Assembly: GCA_041650895.1 (NCBI GenBank) | Contig: JBAZKF010000001.1 | Coordinates: 829,181 to 893,180, forward strand | Origin: Patescibacteria group bacterium | Lineage (GTDB): Bacteria > Patescibacteriota > Patescibacteriia > 2-01-FULL-39-33 | Direction: 5' to 3' | DNA length: 64,000 nt | In this document: positions 27,726-36,587 of the stretch, one piece after another | How positions within the stretch are numbered: position 1 is the stretch's first letter | How the letters are laid out: every line of letters starts with the position of its first letter | Notes under the pieces: model-generated | Seen by the model: the letters and a program-made list of their open reading frames with translations, nothing else | What the model was told of the DNA's origin: nothing | Database searches by the model: none | Program-made: the position numbers and the translations under genes

Positions 27726-29003
27726 ATGTTCGAAAAGTTCAGCCAAATTTGGAAACTTAAGGATCTGCGCAACAGCATCTTGTTTGTGTTGGGCATATTG
27801 GTTGTTTCTCGCATCGTCGCTACCATTCCCATATCGGGAATCGACGCGACCGGCCTGAAGCGGATTTTTGATAATAACCAGATTTTGGGATTAATGAATA
27901 TTTTTTCCGGCGGTGGCATGAGCAATTTTTCTATCGCCATGATGTCGGTGGCTCCTTACATCACTTCTTCCATTATTTTTCAGCTCTTAACCATGGTGGT
28001 GCCTTCTTTGGAGGAATTATCCAAGGAAGGGGAGTATGGGCGCAATAAGATTAATATGTGGACACGTTGGCTGACTGTGCCTTTGGCCATTGTGCAATCC
28101 GTGGCCATGATCCAATTATTGCGTAAGGCCGGTGGCGCCGCCCTATTTGCTTCTTTCACTCCAATGAATATGCTGGTCGCTGTTGTTTCCATCACTGCCG
28201 GCACGATTTTTGTCATGTGGTTGGGAGAGCTTATTTCCGAAAAGAAAATCGGCAATGGCATATCGCTGTTGATTTTTGCCGGTATCGTTTCTCGCTTGCC
28301 CAGCGTCCTCACTCAAACAGTTAATAATTATACTCAGGCGGAGATTATTAATACCGTAGTTTTTGCCTCTATCGCTTTAGTGACGATTATCGGTGTGGTT
28401 ATCATCACCGAAGGCCAACGAAATATTCCGGTGCAATACGCCCGGCAGATGCGTGGCGGCCGAACTGTAGGTGGCGCTTCTAGTCATCTGCCTTTGCGCG
28501 TTAATATGGCTGGAGTTATTCCGATTATTTTTGCCATCTCTTTAATTATCATGCCTCAGACCCTGGCTCAGTTATTTACCCAGGCGAAAACCGAAGTCGT
28601 TGCCCACGCCGCCCAATGGGTGATTATGCTGTTTGGCAACCAATGGTTCTATGGCATTGCTTATTTTGTTTTAGTGGTTGCTTTTACTTATTTTTATACG
28701 GCCGTAGTCTTTCATCCGGAACAGGTGGCGGAAAATCTTCAGAAGCAAGGCGGTTTTGTCCCAGGCACTAGGCCGGGAAAACCTACGGAGGAGTATTTGC
28801 AGAATATTGTATCCCGCATTGTTTTAACCGGCGCGTTGTTTTTAGGTATTATAGCTGTTTTGCCGATGATTACCGCCGGCTTAACCGGTACTAGGAGTAT
28901 GGCCATCGGCGGCACTTCGCTTTTGATTGTTGTTTCTGTGGTTATTGAAACCGTTAATCAGATTAATGCCCAGTTAGCTATGAGGGATTACGAAGAAATC
29001 TAA
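27726..29003 (+). CDS. secY: Preprotein translocase subunit SecY
   Basis: 10 TM, LGIMPYITSSII.QLL-type motif (MSVAPYITSSIIFQLL), 425 aa. Confidence 0.95.
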   Translation: MFEKFSQIWKLKDLRNSILFVLGILVVSRIVATIPISGIDATGLKRIFDNNQILGLMNIFSGGGMSNFSIAMMSVAPYITSSIIFQLLTMVVPSLEELSKEGEYGRNKINMWTRWLTVPLAIVQSVAMIQLLRKAGGAALFASFTPMNMLVAVVSITAGTIFVMWLGELISEKKIGNGISLLIFAGIVSRLPSVLTQTVNNYTQAEIINTVVFASIALVTIIGVVIITEGQRNIPVQYARQMRGGRTVGGASSHLPLRVNMAGVIPIIFAISLIIMPQTLAQLFTQAKTEVVAHAAQWVIMLFGNQWFYGIAYFVLVVAFTYFYTAVVFHPEQVAENLQKQGGFVPGTRPGKPTEEYLQNIVSRIVLTGALFLGIIAVLPMITAGLTGTRSMAIGGTSLLIVVSVVIETVNQINAQLAMRDYEEI

Positions 29004-29042
29004 GTCAATTACCAATCATAATTTTTATTAAAATATATAAAA

Positions 29043-29067
29043 AGAGGCGTACAAACGTCTCTTTTTA
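29043..29067 (+). terminator. Rho-independent terminator after secY
   Basis: AGAGGCGT-ACAA-ACGTCTCT stem (one G-U) followed by TTTTT. Confidence 0.5.
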
Positions 29068-29129
29068 GTTGATTTTTTGTTACATTTAAGTTAAGATGGA
29101 GGAAGTATAAATTACTAATTGAATTATCT

Positions 29130-29807
29130 ATGAATAAAAATGACAAGCCATTCGAGCTAATTGTTTTGGGCCCGCCAGTCTCCGGTAAAGGAACTCAAAC
29201 TGAACTTATCGCTAAGACTTTTGATATCCCGCACATCTCTACTGGTGTTATTTTGCACGCCATCAAATCCGATGTTTCTAATCCTTTAGCTGTCGAAGTT
29301 GTGGGTTATATGGATAAAGGCCAATTAGTTCCGACAGAGTTGGTTAACCGCTTGGTAGCCGATAGGATTAAGCAGGATGATTGCCGTTTAGGCTATGCTA
29401 TGGACGGTTTTCCGCGTACTTTGGAACAGGCGGAATTTTTGGATAAAAGCGCGGATGTTGATTATGTATTTTCGATTAATGTTTCTGATGAGACGATTGT
29501 GGAGCGCATGTCCGGTCGTCGGGTCTGTAAGAACGGCCATACTTTTCATTTGAAGTATTCACCGCCTAAGGATTCGGCAGTCTGTGATATTTGCGGTGAG
29601 CCGTTATTCCAGCGTGATGATGACAAAGAGGAGACCATTAAATCACGTTTGGAAGTGTATCACCGTGAAACCGATGCCATTGTTAAATTTTATCAGGATA
29701 AAGGATTATTAATGGAGATTGACGGCGAAAAACATATTGAAGAAGTTTATCAGCAAATCGTCAGAAAAATGGTAGGAGATTTACGAGGCAGGATCGGCTG
29801 GGAATAG
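29130..29807 (+). CDS. adk: Adenylate kinase (zinc-lid type)
   Basis: LGPPVSGKGTQ P-loop, CKNGH...CDICGE lid cysteines. Confidence 0.9.
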   Translation: MNKNDKPFELIVLGPPVSGKGTQTELIAKTFDIPHISTGVILHAIKSDVSNPLAVEVVGYMDKGQLVPTELVNRLVADRIKQDDCRLGYAMDGFPRTLEQAEFLDKSADVDYVFSINVSDETIVERMSGRRVCKNGHTFHLKYSPPKDSAVCDICGEPLFQRDDDKEETIKSRLEVYHRETDAIVKFYQDKGLLMEIDGEKHIEEVYQQIVRKMVGDLRGRIGWE

Positions 29808-29821
29808 ATTCATATAAATTA

Positions 29822-29862
29822 AAAACCCCGGGTCGGCGCAATTGCAGACTCGGGGTTTTTTG
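29822..29862. terminator. Bidirectional terminator (A-run, CCCCGGGTC...GACTCGGGG hairpin, T-run)
   Basis: Hairpin flanked by A5 and T6 runs. Confidence 0.55.
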
Positions 29863-30101
29863 TGCGATTTTATTAATGTGGAATAAGACTGTGCAGAAGT
29901 GCAATACGTATCATTTGGGTTAGTAGGGCGGATGCCGATATTATCAAAAAAATATAAGCAAAACACGCGTCCCGAGTGGAAATCTGTTTATTTTTTTCTC
30001 CTTCCCAGACTATTGTTCCTATGTATGCTAATGCGAGCATTAATACTAAGCCAATATAGAGTATCATGTTTTTTCTCCTTTTGCTAGTTATTAATTCGAT
30101 C

Positions 30102-30350
30102 TTACTTTTTCCAGCGACTGTCCATATTCCGCTGGAATTGCTGTTCAGCTTCGTATCGCTGTCTCAGATCATTTGGGTTCATTAGGAGCTCCCACAGAAG
30201 TTGTCCGCGGCAATCCGGTGCTGTCGTTTTGTGTAACTTTTTCCACATCCGGTATTCTTCGACGAATTCTTGGCAACGTTTTTTGATCATATCCCACATA
30301 AGTGTCTCCTTAGTGTCTCCTTGTAATGTCCCTTTTCCTAAAGACTTCAA
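30102..30350 (-). CDS. Hypothetical small protein (start uncertain: TTG at 30350 or internal ATG at 30299)
   Basis: ORF preceded on the minus strand by a near-consensus TTGACA-16-TATAAT promoter. No recognisable domain. Confidence 0.35.
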   Translation of the reverse strand: MKSLGKGTLQGDTKETLMWDMIKKRCQEFVEEYRMWKKLHKTTAPDCRGQLLWELLMNPNDLRQRYEAEQQFQRNMDSRWKK

Positions 30351-30356
30351 TATAGT

Positions 30357-30384
30357 ATTATAGCATACTTTGTTTTTTTGTCAA
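30357..30384 (-). promoter_or_regulatory. Promoter TTGACA-16bp-TATAAT on minus strand
   Basis: Plus-strand TGTCAA at 30379-30384 and ATTATA at 30357-30362. Confidence 0.5.
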
Positions 30385-30452
30385 TATATTTATCCATAAC
30401 TTGATTATTAATTTATTATTTGTTTAAATTTAGCTAAATTAAGCTAGATAAG

Positions 30453-30482
30453 TTGGTAAAAAAATAGCCGATAAGTTATAAT
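30453..30482 (+). promoter_or_regulatory. Promoter TTGGTA-18bp-TATAAT ending 6 nt before the map ATG (leaderless transcript likely)
   Basis: Hexamers at 30453-30458 and 30477-30482. ATG at 30489. Confidence 0.4.
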
Positions 30483-30488
30483 TAATTT

Positions 30489-31256
30489 ATGATTAAACTT
30501 AAAAACCAAGAACAAATTAAGATTATAGCGGAAGGCGGTAAAATCTTGGCCAAAATTTTGGATTTAGTGGAAAAGCGGATAAAGCCCGGCGTCACTACGG
30601 CCGAACTCAATGATTATGCCGAGCAACTAATTAAGGAATACGGGGCAACGGCCAGTTTCAAGGGTTATAAAGCCGCTTGGGCGGAACACGTTTACCCGGC
30701 GGCTTTATGCGTCTCCACCAATGAAGAAGTGGTTCACGGCATTCCTGATGATAATCGCCGTTTAAAGGAGGGTGATATTGTCGGGCTTGATTGCGGAATA
30801 AAGTATAAAGGATTATATACTGACATGGCGCGAACCGTGGCTGTGGGAGTTATAACGCAAGAAGCCAGACGTTTAATGACTATTACTAAGGATTCGTTGT
30901 ATTTGGGCATCAAAGAAATCAAATCGGGTAAAAAGTTATCCGACATCGCTAAAGCCATCCAAGCCGAGGCTGAGCGAAACGGTTTTGGCGTGGTACGGCA
31001 GATGTGCGGCCATGGCGTTGGCTTCGCCGCCCATGAAGAACCGCAGGTGCCCAATTTTTGGCCGGCTGGCGTGCCGGATGCAGTTTTGGAAGAAGGCATG
31101 GTGTTGGCGATTGAGCCCATGCTGAACTTAGGTGGCTGGGAGGTTGACACTTTGGATGATGGCTGGACGATTGTTACGAGTGACGGGTCGCTATCAGCGC
31201 ATTTTGAACATACGGTCGCCGTTACTGCTGATGGTTATCAAATCTTAACAAAATAA
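30489..31256 (+). CDS. map: Methionine aminopeptidase type I
   Basis: Pita-bread metal-ligand pattern (D..G......DMARTV, H.E.Q, CGHGVG, E...H..EP), 255 aa. Confidence 0.9.
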   Translation: MIKLKNQEQIKIIAEGGKILAKILDLVEKRIKPGVTTAELNDYAEQLIKEYGATASFKGYKAAWAEHVYPAALCVSTNEEVVHGIPDDNRRLKEGDIVGLDCGIKYKGLYTDMARTVAVGVITQEARRLMTITKDSLYLGIKEIKSGKKLSDIAKAIQAEAERNGFGVVRQMCGHGVGFAAHEEPQVPNFWPAGVPDAVLEEGMVLAIEPMLNLGGWEVDTLDDGWTIVTSDGSLSAHFEHTVAVTADGYQILTK

Positions 31257-31260
31257 TGTT

Positions 31261-31644
31261 ATGAAATATTTAGGTATAGATTATGGCGAAGCTAAAGTTG
31301 GACTGGCCATGGGCGATGATGAGTCGGGTATGGCTTTGCCGCTTAAGATAATCAAAAATTCGGGTCGGCAAAATTTGCTTAAGGAATTGGCGGAATTTAT
31401 TATTGCCGAAGATACTGAAAAAGTAGTGGTGGGGTTGCCCATTAATACTCGAGCCGAATCTTCAAATCAAACGGAAAACGTCAGGCGCTTCAGCGAGGAA
31501 TTAGCTAATTATACTCAGGTGGAAGTGATTCTTCATGACGAACGTTTTTCTTCTCAGGAAGCACAAAAATTGCGTCCCGGAGTCCAGGATGATGATTTGG
31601 CCGCCATGATTATGCTCCAGTCATATTTAGATATTAATCGATGA
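31261..31644 (+). CDS. ruvX: Putative pre-16S rRNA nuclease / Holliday junction resolvase YqgF
   Basis: MKYLGIDYGEAKVGLAMGD......PL......VVGLP.N.....S......V..F...L, 127 aa. Confidence 0.8.
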   Translation: MKYLGIDYGEAKVGLAMGDDESGMALPLKIIKNSGRQNLLKELAEFIIAEDTEKVVVGLPINTRAESSNQTENVRRFSEELANYTQVEVILHDERFSSQEAQKLRPGVQDDDLAAMIMLQSYLDINR

Positions 31645-32201
31645 CTTTTTTAACCAACGCTTACATTTTACGCCAGGCTCCCCGCGGCGATTATGACTTG
31701 GCGGTTACGGCTTATACCAAAGAGTCGGGTAAAATTACCGTCGTGGCCAAAGGCGCCAAGAAAATGACCTCCAAACTCCGGTCGCATCTGGAGTTTTTTT
31801 GCTTGACCAGATTAATGGCCGCTCCCGGCAGTGGGGTTTTTCGCTTAGCCGGAGCCAGTATCATCCAGGTTTTTAAAGCGATTTGTCTGGAGCCGAGCCG
31901 GGCTGTTTATGCTTTAGCCTATTTGGAGACGGTAGATCTTTTGACTCCCAGCCAGTCGCCGGATCAAGAGTTATTTTGTTTATTGAACAATTTTTTTGTT
32001 CAGCTTGATGCGGCTTCAGATGGCAAACAGCAACGGCTGGCATTTAATCTGTCCGCTTATGACCTATTGGCTCATCTGGGTTGGCGGCCACAGCTTAAAT
32101 CACGAAGTCAGAAACAATTAACCTTGGAGCTTGGCCGGCTGATAACCGAGGCGGGGGATAAAGAGTTAAAATCTTTTTATTCTTTGTCGCGTCAGGAATA
32201 A
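31641..32201 (+). CDS. Short RecO-like DNA repair protein (N-terminal OB fold recognisable)
   Basis: AYILRQAPRGDYDLAVTAYTKESGKITVVAKGAKK resembles the RecO N-terminal pattern. 186 aa is shorter than canonical RecO. Confidence 0.45.
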   Translation: MTFLTNAYILRQAPRGDYDLAVTAYTKESGKITVVAKGAKKMTSKLRSHLEFFCLTRLMAAPGSGVFRLAGASIIQVFKAICLEPSRAVYALAYLETVDLLTPSQSPDQELFCLLNNFFVQLDAASDGKQQRLAFNLSAYDLLAHLGWRPQLKSRSQKQLTLELGRLITEAGDKELKSFYSLSRQE

Positions 32202-32202
32202 A

Positions 32203-32232
32203 AGTGGAGAATAATCTCCACTTTTATTTTTG
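32203..32232 (+). terminator. Rho-independent terminator (AGTGGAG-AATAAT-CTCCACT + T-run)
   Basis: Perfect 7-bp stem followed by TTTTATTTTT. Confidence 0.6.
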
Positions 32233-32252
32233 TTTATGATATAATAAAATAT

Positions 32253-33101
32253 ATGGAAGAAACAAACATGCCGTCTATTCCTTCAAGCGAATTGACTAGT
32301 AAACAACTAAAATGGAGTTATTGGTATGTGACCAATAAATTATTTTTGCGCCGGGTATTGATTGTATTCCTAATCATCGTGGCTGTTTTATTTTGGCTTT
32401 ATGCTTTGTACGGCTTAATTACTTATTTGTTGGATTTTAATCGCCTAAATACCGAAGCGGCCAGCATGTTGCATTCGCCTTCAGCCGCTCAAACTATTTT
32501 AGATCAGAGTCGCCCCCAGCCCTTGAAGTTTTCCGAGGTAATAGTATTGCCCGCCGCTGCCGGCCATTATGATTTAGCGGTAGAAGTTAGAAATCCTAAT
32601 GCAGATTGGCTGGGTTTGTTTGATTATCGTTTAAGCGCCAACGGTTCAACCTCCCCGGTTCGTTCCGGTTTCATCCTTCCTGGCACTGATAAATATCTTA
32701 TCGGCATCGGTTCGGACAGCACGCAAGCGAATTTTATCGCCGAGAACTTTCGTTGGCAAAAAGTAGAGAACTTTTCCGTCCTGCAGAAAAGTCGCGATCG
32801 TTTTGTTATTGAAAATGAGCAATATTTGTCCCCGACCAAAGTCGGCGAACCGTCGCGCATAAGCTTTGACATTAGCAACGATTCATCCTATGGTTATTGG
32901 CAGGTTAATGCCGTAGCGCTGCTTTATAGCAGAGGATCCATTGCCGCTGTTAATTATGCCACTATCACTCGCCTGGAATCATTGGAAACAAGGACGGTTG
33001 AAATGAATTGGGCGCAAGATTTGCCGACAATTGATAGTATTCAAATCTTGCCCGAGGTAAATTATCTTGATGTGAGCAGTATTATACCGCCCGGCTATTA
33101 A
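32253..33101 (+). CDS. Hypothetical membrane-anchored protein
   Basis: 282-aa ORF with one TM helix near the N-terminus. No recognisable domain. Confidence 0.5.
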   Translation: MEETNMPSIPSSELTSKQLKWSYWYVTNKLFLRRVLIVFLIIVAVLFWLYALYGLITYLLDFNRLNTEAASMLHSPSAAQTILDQSRPQPLKFSEVIVLPAAAGHYDLAVEVRNPNADWLGLFDYRLSANGSTSPVRSGFILPGTDKYLIGIGSDSTQANFIAENFRWQKVENFSVLQKSRDRFVIENEQYLSPTKVGEPSRISFDISNDSSYGYWQVNAVALLYSRGSIAAVNYATITRLESLETRTVEMNWAQDLPTIDSIQILPEVNYLDVSSIIPPGY

Positions 33102-33325
33102 ACGGTTGACATTAGATTTATCAGTATTTAGAATAGCGCCAGATTTTTGGCGTTGTTTTTTTACAATAGAATGACTGATTATGCAACCTAAACCGCTCTG
33201 ACAGTCTGACTAATAGAGTGAGGACATTGGATAGAGCTTTTAAACCCCGATTAAAGCGTTTTTTAAGTTATTAAAAGCGAAGTTTGCTCGACCGGGGTGA
33301 TTGTGATAAAATAAGATTATCATAT

Positions 33326-34588
33326 ATGAAAAAAATCATCTCACATATTTTATTTTTTGTCTTGACGGCGGCAATTATTATGCCGTCTGGAGTTTTGGCT
33401 GCCACCAAGAAGCCAGTTGTGACGTATAAGGGTTACAGTATGGCGCAGTTGTCTGGACGTTTGGTTTTGCAAGCCAACACCGATAATCGTTTTTGGTATG
33501 TCGCCTCGGACGGCAAATCACGTTATATCGTGGAAAACGATGTGGAGATGTATGAGCTTATCGCCCAAGTCGGAGTCGGTATCGCTCAAGCCGACATCGC
33601 AAAATTCACCGTCCAGAAAAAGCTTTCCGCCTCTTTTCTTAAAAAATATTCCGGCAAATTCGTATTTTTAGACAACCAAAGATCACAGATTTATTACATT
33701 AATCCGAGTAATGGTTATGCTTACCGCGTCGCTACTTTCAATAAGGTTTTTGACGCTTCCAAAACTATCGGTTTAAGGGCTACCGACGCCAGTCTGCGTC
33801 AGGTGCCGATGAATGATTATCAATTCACTTATGATCCGCTTTATAACGATATTGCTTATGTCAGTTATAATGGCAAGAAGTACGAAGATAATTATCACAG
33901 TCAAACCATCCTGCCCCTAGCGTCACTGTCAAAAGTCATGACCGCGTTGGTATTAAAAGATCAAAATATTAATTGGAATAAGATCGTTGAGATTACACCG
34001 GAAGAAATACGCTATCCCTGTACCCTGCAACCCTGCGGTTCCACCAGCGAGGTTAATTTGAAAGTCGGCGATAAGATTAGAATGATGGATTTATGGATTT
34101 CCATGCTGACTGCCTCCTCCAACCAATCGGCGGTGATTTTGGCGGACAATAGCGGTTTAACGCGGAAAGAATTTATTAAGAAAATGAACGACAAAGCTAA
34201 GGAGTTAGGACTTGTCAAAACTCACTTTGAAGAGATGTCCGGCTTGTCGGCTGATAATATTTCCACAGCCGAAGAGTTTGCGGTCATTGCTAAGGTCGCT
34301 TTTGACAATGAACTCATATCTTCGGCTACCCGATTTACCGATTATACTTTTACCGTGGAGCAAGCTGACGGTTCATTGCGAAATGTCGGAGTATCAAATC
34401 GCAATTATTCTCTATTGGCATTTGATGTGGCGGCCTCCAAAACCGGTTATTTGGTGGAAGCACAACGCAATGCCGCTATTGCCAAGGACGGCAGGGTGAT
34501 TGTAGTGTTACATGCTGCGTCTTTGTCACAGAGGAATAATGTAGTGGCCAAGATATTGTCTGCCGGTTGGTTGGCCACGGCTCAGTAA
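33326..34588 (+). CDS. Serine-type D-Ala-D-Ala carboxypeptidase (peptidase S11 / PBP5-like) with N-terminal extra domain
   Basis: SxxK (ASLSK), SxN (SSN) and KTG (SKTGY) motifs in order. Signal/TM at N-terminus. Confidence 0.7.
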   Translation: MKKIISHILFFVLTAAIIMPSGVLAATKKPVVTYKGYSMAQLSGRLVLQANTDNRFWYVASDGKSRYIVENDVEMYELIAQVGVGIAQADIAKFTVQKKLSASFLKKYSGKFVFLDNQRSQIYYINPSNGYAYRVATFNKVFDASKTIGLRATDASLRQVPMNDYQFTYDPLYNDIAYVSYNGKKYEDNYHSQTILPLASLSKVMTALVLKDQNINWNKIVEITPEEIRYPCTLQPCGSTSEVNLKVGDKIRMMDLWISMLTASSNQSAVILADNSGLTRKEFIKKMNDKAKELGLVKTHFEEMSGLSADNISTAEEFAVIAKVAFDNELISSATRFTDYTFTVEQADGSLRNVGVSNRNYSLLAFDVAASKTGYLVEAQRNAAIAKDGRVIVVLHAASLSQRNNVVAKILSAGWLATAQ

Positions 34589-34635
34589 TTTTCTTGTAGC
34601 CTTAGATTAATTATTAATTTTTCATTTATTTTATT

Positions 34636-34989
34636 ATGTCCAACTTGCAGGAAGTGTTCAGTCGTATCAGAGAAACCAAGAAAGAACAAAAGAAGCTCAA
34701 AGAAATTTATCGCGACGCCTTAATTAATTTGCCGGAATATAAAAAAATCACAGATGAACTGAAGGAATTAAGGGATCGGAAAAAAAAGATTGAAAATGAC
34801 GTCCGGGAGCAATTGTCCTCCGAATTGACTAAAATAGATGACTTAAAAATAGATTTGGAATCGGATTATACTGTTTTGTCGGATATCGCCTTAAATCAAT
34901 TAGTCAAAGGCGAGACCGTCAAAGTTAAGGATGAATATGAGATTGAATATGAACCGATTTTTACGGTTAAATTCAAAAAAATGGCTTAG
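34636..34989 (+). CDS. Hypothetical coiled-coil protein
   Basis: 117-aa K/E-rich ORF, no domain recognised. Confidence 0.45.
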   Translation: MSNLQEVFSRIRETKKEQKKLKEIYRDALINLPEYKKITDELKELRDRKKKIENDVREQLSSELTKIDDLKIDLESDYTVLSDIALNQLVKGETVKVKDEYEIEYEPIFTVKFKKMA

Positions 34990-35246
34990 TATGCAGTATG
35001 CTTCCGGCGTGGCGTCAAGCCATTGACACTATGCCGGTTTTTTGATAAGCTGAAGTGAAATATCGTCTCCATAATTGAGGCGAAAAAGTTCGTTACAATC
35101 TGTGTTTAAGCCGGAAAACTTAGCTAATGTGAGGTTAGGCGGTTTCGGTTAATTCGGCGGATCGGTTGGCATCAGGCCAATCCATCGCGTCACCCACTCC
35201 GATTTTGGCTTAAATCGGGGTCGGTAACCAATAGGAGGATCAAACC

Positions 35247-36440
35247 ATGATCCAGAAGAAGATAGCAGAAGCCCAGGTTCCCAATTACGCCCCCATACCG
35301 TACGGAGGAATAAAGATTTTTCTTTATACTATCTTTGTTGGTTTTGTGCTTTTCATGGCGTTTGTGATGTTCGGACAGTTACATCCCGCCGTCAGTATTG
35401 GGTGGAAGCTATGCTCCAGCATAAGCGTAGTCGTTGTAAGTTTATTTCTCTTCGGCCCGTCGCTTAATTTTCTGAAAGAATATTATCAGCGCAATATCCG
35501 CGGATACATTTTGATTATTATACGAAACCAAGGTCTAACGGATGAAAATTTCTATTTAATCACTGAAATATCTCGTGCTTTTAAGAAAATAGATATCGCA
35601 AAAGATTACTATATCGTCTTGCGTTTGGGCGGTTGGTTCGGTCAATGGCGAAGTGGGAGTTATTGTCGAACTTTTTTTTGTTCTGATGATGGCCGCATAG
35701 GAGATCCTTTTGTTAGTTTTGGGTTGGTCCATTTATTTTTCCGTTATGTGGACAAAGTTAAATCATCCATAAACGCGCCGGAGGACTGGCTGATAGAAAT
35801 ACGTGACTACGAAGGTAATCGGATTATCTGTGATTGGCGCAAGGCCTTCGTTTTGCTTAGAGAGATAAGATTTTCGCCAAAGGAATTTGAGAGCGGCCAA
35901 AGCCATCATATTCTTTTTAATGTTTTGACTAATTTTATTTCGCGTAGTATTTGGTTGACTTCCGCCGAATCGGCAAAGAAACGGTTGACTGATAATGCTG
36001 CATCGCAGCAAAAAGATTTTTTAGAGTTGCTTTTTGATTGTACCGACGGCATTAATGAGAGCAAGCGTTTCATTCAATCCAAAGAGGCGCAGAGGCTAAG
36101 ACTGTCGCTGGTAAAGAAATGGCTGCCGCGAATAACGTCCTGGTTGCCCGATTGGGATCCGCGCCGGCAAGAACTGGAAAAAATATTTAAGTGTTCCGGT
36201 GAAACTAGCCGGTTGCAATCAGAAACAAAGCCGGCTGAAAAGGATGATCCGGCTGAGGCGGAAGAGTGTTGCTCCGGCTGTACTTTGTGCGGAACCTCCT
36301 GTCTGCCAGCGATACCAACTCCGGCACCGACAGAGTCTAATGCCACGACTCCTTTCTGTGCTACTTTCCGTTATTGCCAGTATTGTGGCGAATGCATACC
36401 AGCTGCTTTGGATTCTTGCCCTGTTTGTTCGGGAAAATAA
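35247..36440 (+). CDS. Hypothetical membrane protein with cysteine-rich C-terminus
   Basis: Strong SD AGGAGGA. 2-3 TM segments at N-terminus. C-terminal ~60 aa contain 12 Cys (CCSGCTLCGTSC...CQYCGEC...CPVC). Confidence 0.5.
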   Translation: MIQKKIAEAQVPNYAPIPYGGIKIFLYTIFVGFVLFMAFVMFGQLHPAVSIGWKLCSSISVVVVSLFLFGPSLNFLKEYYQRNIRGYILIIIRNQGLTDENFYLITEISRAFKKIDIAKDYYIVLRLGGWFGQWRSGSYCRTFFCSDDGRIGDPFVSFGLVHLFFRYVDKVKSSINAPEDWLIEIRDYEGNRIICDWRKAFVLLREIRFSPKEFESGQSHHILFNVLTNFISRSIWLTSAESAKKRLTDNAASQQKDFLELLFDCTDGINESKRFIQSKEAQRLRLSLVKKWLPRITSWLPDWDPRRQELEKIFKCSGETSRLQSETKPAEKDDPAEAEECCSGCTLCGTSCLPAIPTPAPTESNATTPFCATFRYCQYCGECIPAALDSCPVCSGK

Positions 36441-36549
36441 CAACCTCAGGTGTTGCCGGCAGTCGGTATTCCACCCTTGGAATAGTTGAAATTTTAGCTC
36501 ATTTTACGGCACTGCCTTATCGGCGGTGCCTTTTATTTTGGCAGAATCC

Positions 36550-36578
36550 TTGACTTTTGTTAAATTTTACTGTATAAT
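36550..36578 (+). promoter_or_regulatory. Promoter TTGACT-17bp-TGTATAAT (extended -10) for typA
   Basis: Consensus hexamers 10 nt upstream of the typA ATG. Preceded by a terminator hairpin. Confidence 0.5.
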
Positions 36579-36587
36579 AAAGCAATT

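Noticed and set aside
29873-30067. 64-aa hydrophobic minus-strand ORF just after the adk terminator
   Set aside because: No promoter or RBS signal and a low-complexity hydrophobic translation. Could be a tiny membrane peptide but unsupported.
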